Origin: an uncultured Marvinbryantia sp.
GTDB lineage: Bacteria; Bacillota; Clostridia; Lachnospirales; Lachnospiraceae
NCBI GenBank assembly: GCA_905201705.1
Contig: CAJKOX010000007.1
Location: 62,866 to 126,865 of the forward strand
Length of the DNA: 64,000 nt
Direction: 5' to 3'
In this document: positions 18,930 to 29,448 of the stretch, piece by piece
How positions within the stretch are numbered: the first letter of the stretch is position 1
How the letters are laid out: every line of letters begins with the position of its first letter
The notes under the pieces: model-generated
The model's input: only the letters and a program-made list of their open reading frames with translations
The model's database searches: none
What the model was told of the DNA's origin: nothing
Position numbers and translations under genes: made by a program

Positions 18930-20756
18930 TTGAGACTGAAAACATTTCACCGGAAAAAAGTGGTCACTGTATTTCTTGTCTGCATGCTTGCACTCGTGTT
19001 TCTCGCGGGGCGTCTGATGAAGCTGATGCTGTTCGAATCAGAGTACTACGCGAAGAAGGCGCAGGATCTGCATGAGCGCGAACGCGACATTAAGGCGGCC
19101 CGCGGCCGGATCCTTGACGCCTGCGGAAATGTGCTTGCCACGAACCAGACAGTCTGCACGATCTCCGTCATTCACAGCCAGATTGAGGACCCGGAGGCGG
19201 TTATCCGTGCGCTGACAGAGGAGCTCGGTCTTTCCGAGGAGACGGTGCGAAAGCGCGTGGAGAAGCGCAGCTCTATCGAGCGTATTGAGACAAACGTTGA
19301 CAAGGAGATCGGCGACAGGATCCGTGAAATGAATCTGGCGGGCGTGAAAGTGGACGAGGATTTTAAGCGCTGGTATCCCTACGGCACGCTCGCCTCCAAG
19401 GTGCTCGGCTTTACCGGCGGCGACAACCAGGGTATCGTCGGGCTGGAGGTAAAATATGAGGATATTTTAAAGGGGAGCGACGGCAAGATTCTCACACTCA
19501 CGGACGCGCGCGGCGTGGAGCTGCCGGAGGCGGGCGAGAGCCGCCTGGAGCCGATCGCAGGGAATGATCTATGCATCAGTCTTGACGCCAATATCCAGAA
19601 ATTTGCAGAGCAGGCGGCTGAAAAGGTAATGGAGAAGAAGAGCGCCGACCGCGTTTCCATTATTATTATGCGGCCGTCAAACGGGGAGATCCTGGCGATG
19701 GTCGATGTGCCGGAATTTGACCTTAATAATCCCTTCGAGCTAAATTCGGTGGATGCGGCGGCGGATACGGCCACACAGGCAGAGAGTGACGCCGGGCAGG
19801 AGGAAAGCGCCGGCACGGATGCTGCAGAAGCCATGACGGATGCCGAGCGGCAGGACGCCTGGAACCGGATGTGGCGCAACGGCTGCATCAACGACACCTA
19901 CGAGCCGGGTTCCACCTTCAAGATCATCACGGCGTCCGCCGGGCTGGAGGAGGGCGTTGTATCCCTCACCGATCAGTTTTCCTGCCCGGGCTACAAGATC
20001 GTGGAGGACAGAAAAATCCGCTGCCACAAGGTGGTGGGGCATGGAAGTGAGAATTTCGTGCAGGGCGCGCAGAATTCCTGCAACCCGGTGTTTATCGAGG
20101 TGGGGCTGCGGCTGGGCGTGGAGCGGTATTACCATTATTTTGAACAGTTCGGGCTTCTCTCAAAAACCGGCATCGACCTGCCTGGCGAGGCTGCGACCAT
20201 CATGCACAAGATGGAAAATATGGGGCAGGTGGAGCTTGCCACCGTCGCCTTCGGACAGTCATTCCAGATCACGCCGATCCAGCTTATCACTACCGTCAGC
20301 TCGCTGATCAACGGCGGCAGGCGCATTACGCCGCATTTCGGCGTAGAGGTGCGCGACAATGAAGGAACGCTTTTGAAGGTGCTGGAATATCCGGAAGGGG
20401 AGCAGATTTTGTCAGAAGAGACCTCCGAAAAACTGCGCTATGTGCTGGAGCAGGTAGTGGACGGCGGCTCCGGCAAAAACGCCTATCTGGAGGGGTATCA
20501 TGTCGGCGGAAAGACGGCTACCTCCGAGACGCTGCCGCGCAGTGCCAACAAATACATATCCTCCTTCATCGGTTTTGCTCCGGCGGACGATCCGCAGGTC
20601 ATCGGGCTTTGCGTCATCCATAATCCGCAGGGCGTTTATTATGGCGGAACGATCGCGGCGCCGGTCATCCGGGAAATTTTCTCCAATATCCTGCCATATC
20701 TTGAAATTGAGAAGGATGAGATGCGGGAGATACAGGATGTGACATCTGATCACTAA
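18930..20756 (+). CDS. spoVD: Class B PBP, stage V sporulation protein D-like
   Basis: RGRILD, DNQGIVGLE, TYEPGSTFK, SCN, KTA motifs. TTG start at 18930 lies 8 nt after GGAG. Confidence 0.8.
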   Translation: MRLKTFHRKKVVTVFLVCMLALVFLAGRLMKLMLFESEYYAKKAQDLHERERDIKAARGRILDACGNVLATNQTVCTISVIHSQIEDPEAVIRALTEELGLSEETVRKRVEKRSSIERIETNVDKEIGDRIREMNLAGVKVDEDFKRWYPYGTLASKVLGFTGGDNQGIVGLEVKYEDILKGSDGKILTLTDARGVELPEAGESRLEPIAGNDLCISLDANIQKFAEQAAEKVMEKKSADRVSIIIMRPSNGEILAMVDVPEFDLNNPFELNSVDAAADTATQAESDAGQEESAGTDAAEAMTDAERQDAWNRMWRNGCINDTYEPGSTFKIITASAGLEEGVVSLTDQFSCPGYKIVEDRKIRCHKVVGHGSENFVQGAQNSCNPVFIEVGLRLGVERYYHYFEQFGLLSKTGIDLPGEAATIMHKMENMGQVELATVAFGQSFQITPIQLITTVSSLINGGRRITPHFGVEVRDNEGTLLKVLEYPEGEQILSEETSEKLRYVLEQVVDGGSGKNAYLEGYHVGGKTATSETLPRSANKYISSFIGFAPADDPQVIGLCVIHNPQGVYYGGTIAAPVIREIFSNILPYLEIEKDEMREIQDVTSDH

Positions 20757-20763
20757 GTTTTGG

Positions 20764-20792
20764 TTGCCTAATAGAGAAAAAAGACTTATAAT
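20764..20792 (+). promoter_or_regulatory. SigmaA-type promoter for mraY-murD
   Basis: TTGCCT-17-TATAAT. Confidence 0.7.
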
Positions 20793-20825
20793 TCAGATAT
20801 ATAGTCTTTTTCAGGAGGATAAAAA

Positions 20826-21785
20826 ATGATAAGTTTGGAAATAGTCTGGTCGCTGCTGATCGCCTTTGCCATCAGTGTGATTTTAAGCCCCTTTGTGATC
20901 CCCTTCCTTCGCAAACTGAAGGTGGGAAATACTGAGCGCACGGACGGGGTGGAGTCGCATCTGAAAAAAAACGGTACGCCGACGATGGGCGGTCTGATCA
21001 TTCTGATCAGCGTGCTGATCACCTCGCTTTTATTTATCGGGCGCTATCCGCGCATCATTCCGATCCTGTTCCTCACGCTCGGCTTCGGGATCATCGGTTT
21101 TCTGGATGACTATCTGAAGGTCGTGCTGCGCCGCTCGGATGGACTGCTGCCAAAGCAGAAATTCATCCTGCAGATTGTTATTACGACGATCTTTGTGATC
21201 TACATACTGGTGGTCGATCCCGACTGTTTGCTGATCATGCTGCCGTTTACCGGAGGAATGTATTTTGACTGTGTGTGGGTGACGGTGCCGCTTGTCTATC
21301 TGGTGGTGCTCGGCACGGTCAACGGCGTGAATTTCACCGACGGACTGGATGGGCTTGCCACGGGTGTCACAACGATGGTGGCGGTGTTCTTTACGATCGT
21401 TTCCATGGGAACGCAGGCGGGCATCGAGCCGATCACGGCGGCAGTCACCGGAGCGCTCTTAGGGTTCCTTTTGTTTAACTCGCATCCGGCGCAGGTATTT
21501 ATGGGCGATACCGGTTCCCTTGCGCTCGGCGGCTTTGTGGCGGGCTGCGCCTATGTGCTGCAGATCCCCATCCTGATCCCGGTGTTTGGCTTCATCTATA
21601 TGATCGAGGTGATCTCGGTGATCATCCAGGTCACTTACTTTAAAAAGACAGGCGGTAAAAGATTTTTTAAGATGGCTCCGATCCATCACCACTTCGAGCT
21701 CTGCGGCTGGTCGGAGACGCAGATCGTGGCGGCTTTCACGATAGTCACAGCGCTGCTGTGCCTGATCTGCCTGTGCGGACTGTAG
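20826..21785 (+). CDS. mraY: Phospho-N-acetylmuramoyl-pentapeptide transferase
   Basis: KNGTPTMGG, GFLDDYLK, NFTDGLDGL, FMGDTGS, MAPIHHHFE. Confidence 0.97.
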   Translation: MISLEIVWSLLIAFAISVILSPFVIPFLRKLKVGNTERTDGVESHLKKNGTPTMGGLIILISVLITSLLFIGRYPRIIPILFLTLGFGIIGFLDDYLKVVLRRSDGLLPKQKFILQIVITTIFVIYILVVDPDCLLIMLPFTGGMYFDCVWVTVPLVYLVVLGTVNGVNFTDGLDGLATGVTTMVAVFFTIVSMGTQAGIEPITAAVTGALLGFLLFNSHPAQVFMGDTGSLALGGFVAGCAYVLQIPILIPVFGFIYMIEVISVIIQVTYFKKTGGKRFFKMAPIHHHFELCGWSETQIVAAFTIVTALLCLICLCGL

Positions 21786-21824
21786 GGATTTAAATAGGTT
21801 TTGCAAAAAACGGAGGAGAACGAC

Positions 21825-23186
21825 ATGGATTTACAAAATAAAAAGGTACTGGTTTTCGGGACAGGCATCAGCGGCATCGCCGCGGCGCAGCTCTTAAAAA
21901 GAATGGGCGCCTGTCCGGTACTCTTTGACGGAAATGCGACCTTAAAAAAAGAGGATATCTACGAGAAGCTTGGCGAGTCTGAGACGGAGCTTTATCTCGG
22001 TGAGCTGCCGGGGGAAGTGATAGAGCAGCTTTCTCTGGTGGTGTTAAGTCCCGGCGTGCCCACGGACCTTCCGCTGGTGAATACTCTGCGCGAGCGCGGT
22101 CTTCGCATATGGGGTGAGATTGAGCTTGCCTATGAAAACAGCCGCGGCGACGTGCTTGCGATTACCGGTACAAACGGAAAGACGACCACCACCAGCCTGC
22201 TTGGCGCGATCATGGAGCACGTGCGGGATTCGGTGTTTATTGTCGGAAATATCGGCACGCCCTACACACAGATGGTTACGCAGACCGCAGATAATTCCGT
22301 GACAGTCGCGGAGATCAGCAGCTTCCAGCTGGAGACCATTGAGGCGTTCCGCCCGAAGGTCAGCGCGATCTTAAATATCACGCCGGATCATCTGAACCGG
22401 CATCATACCATGGAAGAATACATACGGGTAAAGGAGCTGATCACCGCAAACCAGACGCCGGAGGATACCTGCGTTTTGAATTATGAGGATGAGGTCCTGC
22501 GGAAATTTGGCCAAACGCTTTCCTGCCGCGTCATATTTTTCAGCAGCCTGCGTACATTAGAAAAAGGAATTTCTTTGAACGGCGATATGATCGAATACCG
22601 TGACGGAAATTCGGTCATCTCCTTCTGCAGCACGAAGGAGCTGAAGCTTCCGGGAAGACACAATTACGAGAATGTAATGGCGGCTGCGGCGATGGCGCTG
22701 GCATACGGCGTTTCCGTGGAGGACATCTGCTATGTGCTGAAGCGCTTCACGGCGGTAGAACACCGTATCGAATTTGTGGCTGAGGTGGACGGTGTCGTCT
22801 ACTACAATGATTCCAAGGGAACAAATCCGGACGCTGCCATCAAGGGCATTCAGGCGATGGATCGTCCGACGCTGCTCATCGGCGGCGGTTACGACAAAAA
22901 TTCCGACTATGAGGAGTGGATCCGGGCGTTTGACGGCAAGGTGCGCTGCCTTGTGCTCATCGGTCAGACGCGTGAGAAGATCAGGGCGGCGGCGGAGCGC
23001 TGCGGCTTCACAGACACCGTGCTCTGCGACTCCTTTGAGGAAGCCTTCCGCTTCTGCGCGGAGCACGCACAGAAGGGCGACGCTGTGCTTCTCTCGCCCG
23101 CCTGCGCAAGCTGGGGAATGTTCCAGAATTACGAGGTGCGCGGCAGGGTATTTAAAGAGATGGTGCATCGGCTGGAGAAGAGATAA
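21825..23186 (+). CDS. murD: UDP-MurNAc-L-Ala--D-glutamate ligase
   Basis: ITGTNGKTTT, EISSFQLE, PDHLNRH, NDSKGTN, LSPACASW. Confidence 0.96.
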   Translation: MDLQNKKVLVFGTGISGIAAAQLLKRMGACPVLFDGNATLKKEDIYEKLGESETELYLGELPGEVIEQLSLVVLSPGVPTDLPLVNTLRERGLRIWGEIELAYENSRGDVLAITGTNGKTTTTSLLGAIMEHVRDSVFIVGNIGTPYTQMVTQTADNSVTVAEISSFQLETIEAFRPKVSAILNITPDHLNRHHTMEEYIRVKELITANQTPEDTCVLNYEDEVLRKFGQTLSCRVIFFSSLRTLEKGISLNGDMIEYRDGNSVISFCSTKELKLPGRHNYENVMAAAAMALAYGVSVEDICYVLKRFTAVEHRIEFVAEVDGVVYYNDSKGTNPDAAIKGIQAMDRPTLLIGGGYDKNSDYEEWIRAFDGKVRCLVLIGQTREKIRAAAERCGFTDTVLCDSFEEAFRFCAEHAQKGDAVLLSPACASWGMFQNYEVRGRVFKEMVHRLEKR

Positions 23187-23210
23187 AATAGAATTGACAG
23201 GAGTGGTTTC

Positions 23211-24308
23211 GTGCATCCGGAAAAGAAGAATCTGGATTTCACACTGCTGATAATTGTGCTTGCCCTAGTCATTTTCGGGCTGGTTACACTGCAAAGTACA
23301 AGCGCATACAACGGCAGCGTCCGCTTTCTGGATGCCGGCTACTATTTCAAAAAACAATTATTTGCCACAGCGCTCGGGCTGGCCGCTATGGGGATCATCT
23401 CCCGCATGGACTACCACATCTTTTCCCGGTTTGCCGTCTGGGGCTATCTTATGTCCCTGGCGCTGTCGGGCGCGGTTCTGCTGGTGGGCGATTCCTACAA
23501 CGGCTCAAAGCGCTGGCTGTCCCTGGGACCGCTTTCGTTTCAGCCCTCGGAGTTTGCAAAACCGGCGGTCATTCTGTTTCTCGCCTGGTTTATCAGCACG
23601 CGCAGAAAAAATCAGGGAAGCTTAAAGCTGCTGGTCGGCGTTGTGGCGCTGGTGCTGCCGATCGTTGGTCTGGTCGGCACGAATAACTTAAGCACGGCGA
23701 TCATCATTTTGGGAATCGCCGTCATTCTGGCGTTTGTCTCCAACCCGAAATATCTGCAGTTTGTGTGGATCGGAGCGACGGGCGTCGGATTTATTGCCGT
23801 TTTTCTGAGCATGGAGCAGTATCGGATGGAGCGTCTCGCCATCTGGCGCAATCCGGAAGCCTACGAGAAGGGCTTTCAGACCATCCAGGGGCTTTATGCG
23901 ATCGGCTCCGGCGGGCTCTTTGGCAGAGGGCTTGGCGAGAGCCTGCAGAAGCTCGGGTTTGTGCCCGAGGCGCAGAACGACATGATCTTTTCCATCATCT
24001 GCGAGGAGCTTGGTCTGATGGGCGCGCTGCTTCTGCTGTTTATTTTTCTTTTGATGCTCTGGCGGTTCATGGTGATCGCCACGCACGCGCCCGATCTGTT
24101 CGGCGCGCTGATCTGTGCCGGAATCATGGGGCATATTGCTATTCAGGTTATTTTAAACGTTGCGGTGGTCACAAACACGATCCCGAACACCGGAATCACG
24201 CTGCCATTTATCAGCTACGGCGGCACCTCCGTGCTTTTTCTGCTCTCTGAAATGGGGCTGGCGCTCTCCGTCAGCAGGTGGCAAAAAGGAAACTCCGGCA
24301 TATACTAA
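23211..24308 (+). CDS. ftsW: FtsW/SpoVE SEDS peptidoglycan polymerase
   Basis: NGSKRW, FQPSEFAK, PEAQNDMIF, TGITLPFISYGGTS. Confidence 0.9.
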   Translation: MHPEKKNLDFTLLIIVLALVIFGLVTLQSTSAYNGSVRFLDAGYYFKKQLFATALGLAAMGIISRMDYHIFSRFAVWGYLMSLALSGAVLLVGDSYNGSKRWLSLGPLSFQPSEFAKPAVILFLAWFISTRRKNQGSLKLLVGVVALVLPIVGLVGTNNLSTAIIILGIAVILAFVSNPKYLQFVWIGATGVGFIAVFLSMEQYRMERLAIWRNPEAYEKGFQTIQGLYAIGSGGLFGRGLGESLQKLGFVPEAQNDMIFSIICEELGLMGALLLLFIFLLMLWRFMVIATHAPDLFGALICAGIMGHIAIQVILNVAVVTNTIPNTGITLPFISYGGTSVLFLLSEMGLALSVSRWQKGNSGIY

Positions 24309-24337
24309 CGTATGTGTGTATGTGCGGAGGTAAGGGT

Positions 24338-25615
24338 GTGGATCGGATACAGACCAGGGGCAACATTCCGCTGTGCGGAGAAGTGACAATACAGGGATCG
24401 AAGAATGCTGCCCTGCCGCTGATGGCGGCAGCGGTTCTTCACAGAGGAACGACGGTACTCCACCGCTGTCCGCAGATCCTGGATGTGGAATATATGAGCG
24501 GGATCCTGCGCGGGCTTGGATGTACCGTGACGCGCGAAGGCCAGACACTGATCATAGATGCGCGGGAAATAGCAGGCTGCCGCGTCCTGCCGCAGCTTGC
24601 CACGCGGCTGCGCGCTTCTGTGCTTCTGATGGGAAGCCTGCTCGGAAGATGCGGCTGTGCGCGCCTGCCCTATCCGGGTGGCTGCACGATCGGACAGCGC
24701 CCGATCGACCTGCACCTGCAGGTGTTTGAACGTATGGGCGCGCAGATCCTGCCGGAGGAGGAAGAAATCGGCGTGTACGCCGGATCATGCTGTAAATCTG
24801 CAGAAGGCGCTCGTCTGCATGGCTGCTGCATCCGCCTTGCGTTTCCGAGTGTGGGTGCGACGGAGAACGCGATCCTTGGGGCTGTGCTTGCGGATGGCAC
24901 GACGGTGCTCGACGGCTGCGCCCTGGAACCGGAGATCGCAGAGCTGTGCCGCTTTTTAAATGCGAAAGGAGCCAGGATCGAGGGGATCGGCAGAAGAAAG
25001 CTTACGATCACCGGCGTGACCGATCTGCAGGATTCACAGTATACACTGATGCCGGATCGGATCGCCGCCGGTACATATCTGCTTGCGGCGGCGGGAACCG
25101 GAGGAAGCATTTCCGTGCGCGGCGTCTGCCCGGAGCATCTGGGCACGCTCACTCAAATTTTGCAAAAAACCGGCGCACGGATAGAGACTTTTCGCGATAC
25201 AGTCCGTATGGATGCGCAAGGGGCACACCGTTCGGTTCCTGCCATCCGGACGGAGCCGTATCCGGGATTCCCGACAGATCTGCAGTCGCAGCTTATGGTG
25301 TTTCTGACCGGGGCGGACGGGATGAGCAGAATCGAGGAGCGGCTTTTCGAATCGCGGTTTCTGATCGCGGAGGAGCTGCGCAGGATGGGCGCGGAGATCG
25401 TCACAGACGGGCAATGCGCTGTGATAAAAGGGAAAAAAAGACTGCAGGGATGCACGGTGCAGGCGCAGGAACTGCGCGGGGGAGCGGCGCTTGTGGCGGC
25501 AGGTCTGATGGCCGAGGGAGAAACTATTATTTTGGGCAGTCATTTTATAAAGAGAGGCTATGAAGATATCTGCCGCGACCTTTCCGGTCTGGGGGCGGAT
25601 ATAAAAGAACTTTGA
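24338..25615 (+). CDS. murA: UDP-GlcNAc 1-carboxyvinyltransferase
   Basis: GSKNAALP, PGGCTIGQRPIDLH, SVGATEN, PGFPTDLQ. GTG start follows GGAGG. Confidence 0.93.
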   Translation: MDRIQTRGNIPLCGEVTIQGSKNAALPLMAAAVLHRGTTVLHRCPQILDVEYMSGILRGLGCTVTREGQTLIIDAREIAGCRVLPQLATRLRASVLLMGSLLGRCGCARLPYPGGCTIGQRPIDLHLQVFERMGAQILPEEEEIGVYAGSCCKSAEGARLHGCCIRLAFPSVGATENAILGAVLADGTTVLDGCALEPEIAELCRFLNAKGARIEGIGRRKLTITGVTDLQDSQYTLMPDRIAAGTYLLAAAGTGGSISVRGVCPEHLGTLTQILQKTGARIETFRDTVRMDAQGAHRSVPAIRTEPYPGFPTDLQSQLMVFLTGADGMSRIEERLFESRFLIAEELRRMGAEIVTDGQCAVIKGKKRLQGCTVQAQELRGGAALVAAGLMAEGETIILGSHFIKRGYEDICRDLSGLGADIKEL

Positions 25616-25628
25616 GAGGTGTTTGTGC

Positions 25629-26705
25629 ATGGAACTGCAGAGGAGAAAAAAACGAAATCTGCTGAAGCTGCCGCTGCTGGTTTTTCTGGTGGTGGTCGTC
25701 ATTGGCTTTGCGGTGATTTTCGGGCTGTTTCACATCCGGCAGGTGGACGTCATTGGAAATGAATTTTATTCTGCGGCAGAAATCCAGAAAATGGTAATGT
25801 CGGATTCTCTGGCGGAAAATACAATTTATCTTACCTGGAAATACAGCGACCCGGAGGCGGCGGGGGAGCTTCCGTTTCTGAGCGCGGTGGAGGTAACGAT
25901 GCTGCAGCCGTGGCATGTGCAGATCCGGGTGTATGAAAAAACAATTGCCGGATATCTGATGTTTTCCGGTTCGCGGGTATATTTCGATACCGACGGGAAC
26001 GTTGTGGAAATTTCCGGGGAGGAGCGGGACGGCGTTCCGCCGGTATCCGGGGTTTCTATCGGGCAGCCGGCGCTCGGCGAGCCGCTGCCGGTAACGGATG
26101 ACGCCTTTCTCGCTGATATCGTAGCGAACGCGCGCGCGCTGCATCAGAGCGGTCTGACGCCCGATGAAATTCATTATGATGATCAGCAGAATATGATTCT
26201 CTATTTTGGAGAAAGCCGGGTGATGCTGGGAGACACCTCCTACATGGAGGAAAAGCTGGAGGAGCTTGCCGCGATCTATCCGCAGATGGAGGGAATGTCC
26301 GGGACACTCCACATGGAGACCTATACGCCCGATGCCGTGTCCGTCCGTTTCGTTCCGGGTGAGCGCGGCGAGGAGGAACAGGAGCTGCTCATCAATCAGA
26401 ACAGAGTATCATCCTCTGAGGAGGAGCAGACAGAAACCGATGAGAATGGCGAAATTGTCCCGTCCTCCGAGGAAGGAACAGCGGAAACCAGTGGGGAAAC
26501 CGATGCGGAAAGCGGCGGCAGCGGCTATGTCGAGGACTCCAGCAGATTCTCAACCGACGCAAACGGCAACGAGATCTACACCGATGCAGCGGGCAACGTC
26601 ACCACCAACCTCGATCAGCCTTATCTCGGCGACGACGGTCAGATCATCACCGACGGCTATGGCTATATTGATCCGTATACGGGTGCGTATATTTTAAATA
26701 ATTGA
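25629..26705 (+). CDS. ftsQ: FtsQ/DivIB-like cell division protein with acidic tail
   Basis: One N-terminal TM, POTRA-like region (VDVIGNEFYSAAEI), located directly upstream of ftsZ. Confidence 0.75.
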   Translation: MELQRRKKRNLLKLPLLVFLVVVVIGFAVIFGLFHIRQVDVIGNEFYSAAEIQKMVMSDSLAENTIYLTWKYSDPEAAGELPFLSAVEVTMLQPWHVQIRVYEKTIAGYLMFSGSRVYFDTDGNVVEISGEERDGVPPVSGVSIGQPALGEPLPVTDDAFLADIVANARALHQSGLTPDEIHYDDQQNMILYFGESRVMLGDTSYMEEKLEELAAIYPQMEGMSGTLHMETYTPDAVSVRFVPGERGEEEQELLINQNRVSSSEEEQTETDENGEIVPSSEEGTAETSGETDAESGGSGYVEDSSRFSTDANGNEIYTDAAGNVTTNLDQPYLGDDGQIITDGYGYIDPYTGAYILNN

Positions 26706-26810
26706 TATTTAATAGAAAAAATACTTGCTAAATCCCATGAAAACTTATATTATAGAGATAATAGTGGGAAAATACTGTCGTAGGACAGAGGACGAGAAGG
26801 AGGAAATACC

Positions 26811-27992
26811 TTGTTAGAGATTATGTCAAATGAAGCAGAGTCTGCAGCGAAGATTATCGTCATTGGTGTCGGCGGTGCGGGCGGAAATGCAGTAAATAGA
26901 ATGGTAGATGAGGCGATTGCCGGTGTGGATTTTATCGCTGTGAACACAGATAAACAGGCGCTGGATCTTTGCCGTGCACCGCATACGATCCAGATCGGTG
27001 AGAAAGTGACAAAGGGACTTGGCGCAGGAGCAAAGCCGCAGGTTGGACAGCAGGCGGCGGAGGAAAGCTCCGAGGAGATCAAGCAGGCGATCACCGGCGC
27101 GGACATGGTATTTGTTACCTGCGGCATGGGCGGCGGCACCGGAACAGGTGCGGCTCCGGTCGTTGCAGGTCTTGCAAAAGAGATGGGCATCCTTACCGTC
27201 GGCGTTGTCACAAAGCCGTTTCGCTTTGAGGCAAAGACGCGTATGAACAATGCACTTGCCGGCATCGAAAAATTAAAAGACAATGTAGACACACTGATCG
27301 TTATCCCGAACGACAAGCTTCTGGAGATCGTGGACAGACGCACCACCATGCCGGAGGCGCTCAAAAAAGCGGATGAGGTACTGCAGCAGGCGGTACAGGG
27401 CATCACAGACCTTATCAATCTTCCGGCGCTGATCAACCTGGACTTCGCGGATGTACAGACCGTTATGACCGACAAGGGCATCGCACACATCGGTATCGGA
27501 CAGGCCAAGGGCGACGACAAGGCGCTCGAAGCAGTAAAGCAGGCGGTATCCAGCCCGCTGCTTGAGACGACCATCAGCGGCGCTTCCCACGTCATCATCA
27601 ATATTTCCGGAGACATCTCCCTTATGGATGCAAACGACGCGGCAAGCTATGTGCAGGAGATGGCAGGCGAGAACGCAAACATCATTTTTGGCGCTATGTA
27701 CGACGATACATATGCCGACGAGGCAAGTATCACCGTTATTGCTACAGGCCTGCACGATGAGAATAAGGAACAGGAGACAGCTCCGAAAAAGACCGGCACG
27801 GGCAGAAGGATCGTTCCGGAGTTCAACTATCAGCCGAATACCGGCAGGACGGAAATGCCGTCTGGCCTGCGTACGCCAACGCCGCTTGCGGGGCTGAATA
27901 ACAGCGGATCTTCCGCAGGTAAGCTGCGTGCACCGGAAGGAAAAGTACAGGAAAGAGACATCCAGATTCCGGATTTCTTAAAGAGAAGATAA
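26811..27992 (+). CDS. ftsZ: Cell division protein FtsZ
   Basis: [29 protein letters not shown]-terminal DIQIPDFLK. Confidence 0.98.
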   Translation: MLEIMSNEAESAAKIIVIGVGGAGGNAVNRMVDEAIAGVDFIAVNTDKQALDLCRAPHTIQIGEKVTKGLGAGAKPQVGQQAAEESSEEIKQAITGADMVFVTCGMGGGTGTGAAPVVAGLAKEMGILTVGVVTKPFRFEAKTRMNNALAGIEKLKDNVDTLIVIPNDKLLEIVDRRTTMPEALKKADEVLQQAVQGITDLINLPALINLDFADVQTVMTDKGIAHIGIGQAKGDDKALEAVKQAVSSPLLETTISGASHVIINISGDISLMDANDAASYVQEMAGENANIIFGAMYDDTYADEASITVIATGLHDENKEQETAPKKTGTGRRIVPEFNYQPNTGRTEMPSGLRTPTPLAGLNNSGSSAGKLRAPEGKVQERDIQIPDFLKRR

Positions 27993-28098
27993 AAGCATTA
28001 CAGGCAGGGCTGCGCATTACAGGCGATGGCCTTGCCTTTTTATAGTTGTCACGAAGGGAAAAATGCTGCAAAGCAGGAAAGAGTATGAGGGATACATA

Positions 28099-29436
28099 AT
28101 GAAAACATGGACGAAAAAGAGTCTTGGCGGACTGCTTCTTTTGTTTGCGCTGCTGCTGTTCCCATCGGGAGCGGCGAAGGCGGCCAATATCGTGGTCGTG
28201 CTTGACCCGGGACATGGCGGCACGGAGATCGGCGCACGCCGTACCTGGAATGGCAGGAATTACTATGAGGAGATCCTGAACCTGAAGATTGCAAAATACG
28301 CAAAGGCGGAGCTGGAGACATACAGCGGCGTCACGGTATATATGACGCGGACGACTAATACGATTGCCTATATGGACCGGCAGGCGCGTGTGGAATTTGC
28401 AAAAAACAAAAAGGCTTCCGCACTGGTGAGCATTCACTTAAACAGCGGCGGAGGCGGAAAGGCAAGCGGCGCGCTTGCAATGGTGCCGTCGCCCTCAGGC
28501 TATCCCTATGCGGAAGCGGCAGAATCCCGGACGCTCGCAAGAACGATCCTCACACAGCTTCAAAGTACGGCGGGGCTGAAGATCTATGGCGGCGGTTTTC
28601 AGTATGACGACGAGCTGGGCATCCTTCTGTATGGTATGAAAAAGAAGAACGAAACCGTAAAAACAAGTGAGGGAAAAAAGAAGGGCGTCGGTACGTATCG
28701 TCTTCCGAGTATGATCATTGAGCATTGCTTCCTGGATAACAAGAGCGACTGCCAGAAGTATCTGAGCAGCGAAGCAAAGCTGAAAAAGCTCGGCGTTGCG
28801 GATGCGCAGGGAATTGCAAAGTATTTTGGACTGAAAAAGAAAGGCTCTGCTGCTCCGACTGTGAAAAACGGCTGGAAGACGGAGAATGGAAAAAAGTGCT
28901 ACTATGTAAACGGCGTAAAGCTGAAGGCTAAGTGGAAAAATATCGGCGGAAAATATTATTATTTTGACGCGAGCGGATATATGAAGACTGGTCCGTTTAA
29001 GATTGGCAAGACAGCGTATATTACCAATGAGAGCGGCGTGCGCCAGAGTGGACTGGTAGAATACAAGGGCAGGCACTACTATGCCAACAGCAAGGGCATC
29101 CTGCAGATGGGCTGGCAGACAATCGGCGGAAAGACGTATTATTTCAGCCCGACGACCGCCAGAGCGTATAAGGGACTGAAAACGATCGGAAAGAAAACAT
29201 ATTATTTTCATCCGACCACTGGCGTTCAACAGAAAAAATGGGTGAAGCTCTCCAATGGAAAGCTGATGTACTTCCGGCGTGAGAGCGGCGAGCAGGTAAA
29301 GGGAAAATGGCTGCATCTGAGCGGAAAATATTATTATATCGGAAAAGACGGTTATGCTTACGTCAGCACGACAAAAACCATAAGCGGAAAGAAGTACAAG
29401 TTTAATGCGAAGGGCGTATGCACAAACCGTAAATAA
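28099..29436 (+). CDS. N-acetylmuramoyl-L-alanine amidase (Amidase_3) with C-terminal cell-wall/choline-binding-type repeats
   Basis: Signal peptide, LDPGHGG, SIHLN, IIEHCF; repeated GW.TIGGKTYYF-type units. Confidence 0.88.
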   Translation: MKTWTKKSLGGLLLLFALLLFPSGAAKAANIVVVLDPGHGGTEIGARRTWNGRNYYEEILNLKIAKYAKAELETYSGVTVYMTRTTNTIAYMDRQARVEFAKNKKASALVSIHLNSGGGGKASGALAMVPSPSGYPYAEAAESRTLARTILTQLQSTAGLKIYGGGFQYDDELGILLYGMKKKNETVKTSEGKKKGVGTYRLPSMIIEHCFLDNKSDCQKYLSSEAKLKKLGVADAQGIAKYFGLKKKGSAAPTVKNGWKTENGKKCYYVNGVKLKAKWKNIGGKYYYFDASGYMKTGPFKIGKTAYITNESGVRQSGLVEYKGRHYYANSKGILQMGWQTIGGKTYYFSPTTARAYKGLKTIGKKTYYFHPTTGVQQKKWVKLSNGKLMYFRRESGEQVKGKWLHLSGKYYYIGKDGYAYVSTTKTISGKKYKFNAKGVCTNRK

Positions 29437-29448
29437 AAGGAGGATATC

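Noticed and set aside
24299..24306. CATATACT as a sporulation sigma -10 upstream of murA
   Set aside because: No convincing matching -35 element; insufficient support.
28860..29430. Repeats in the amidase C-terminus as a DNA repeat array
   Set aside because: They are degenerate protein-level cell-wall-binding repeats.
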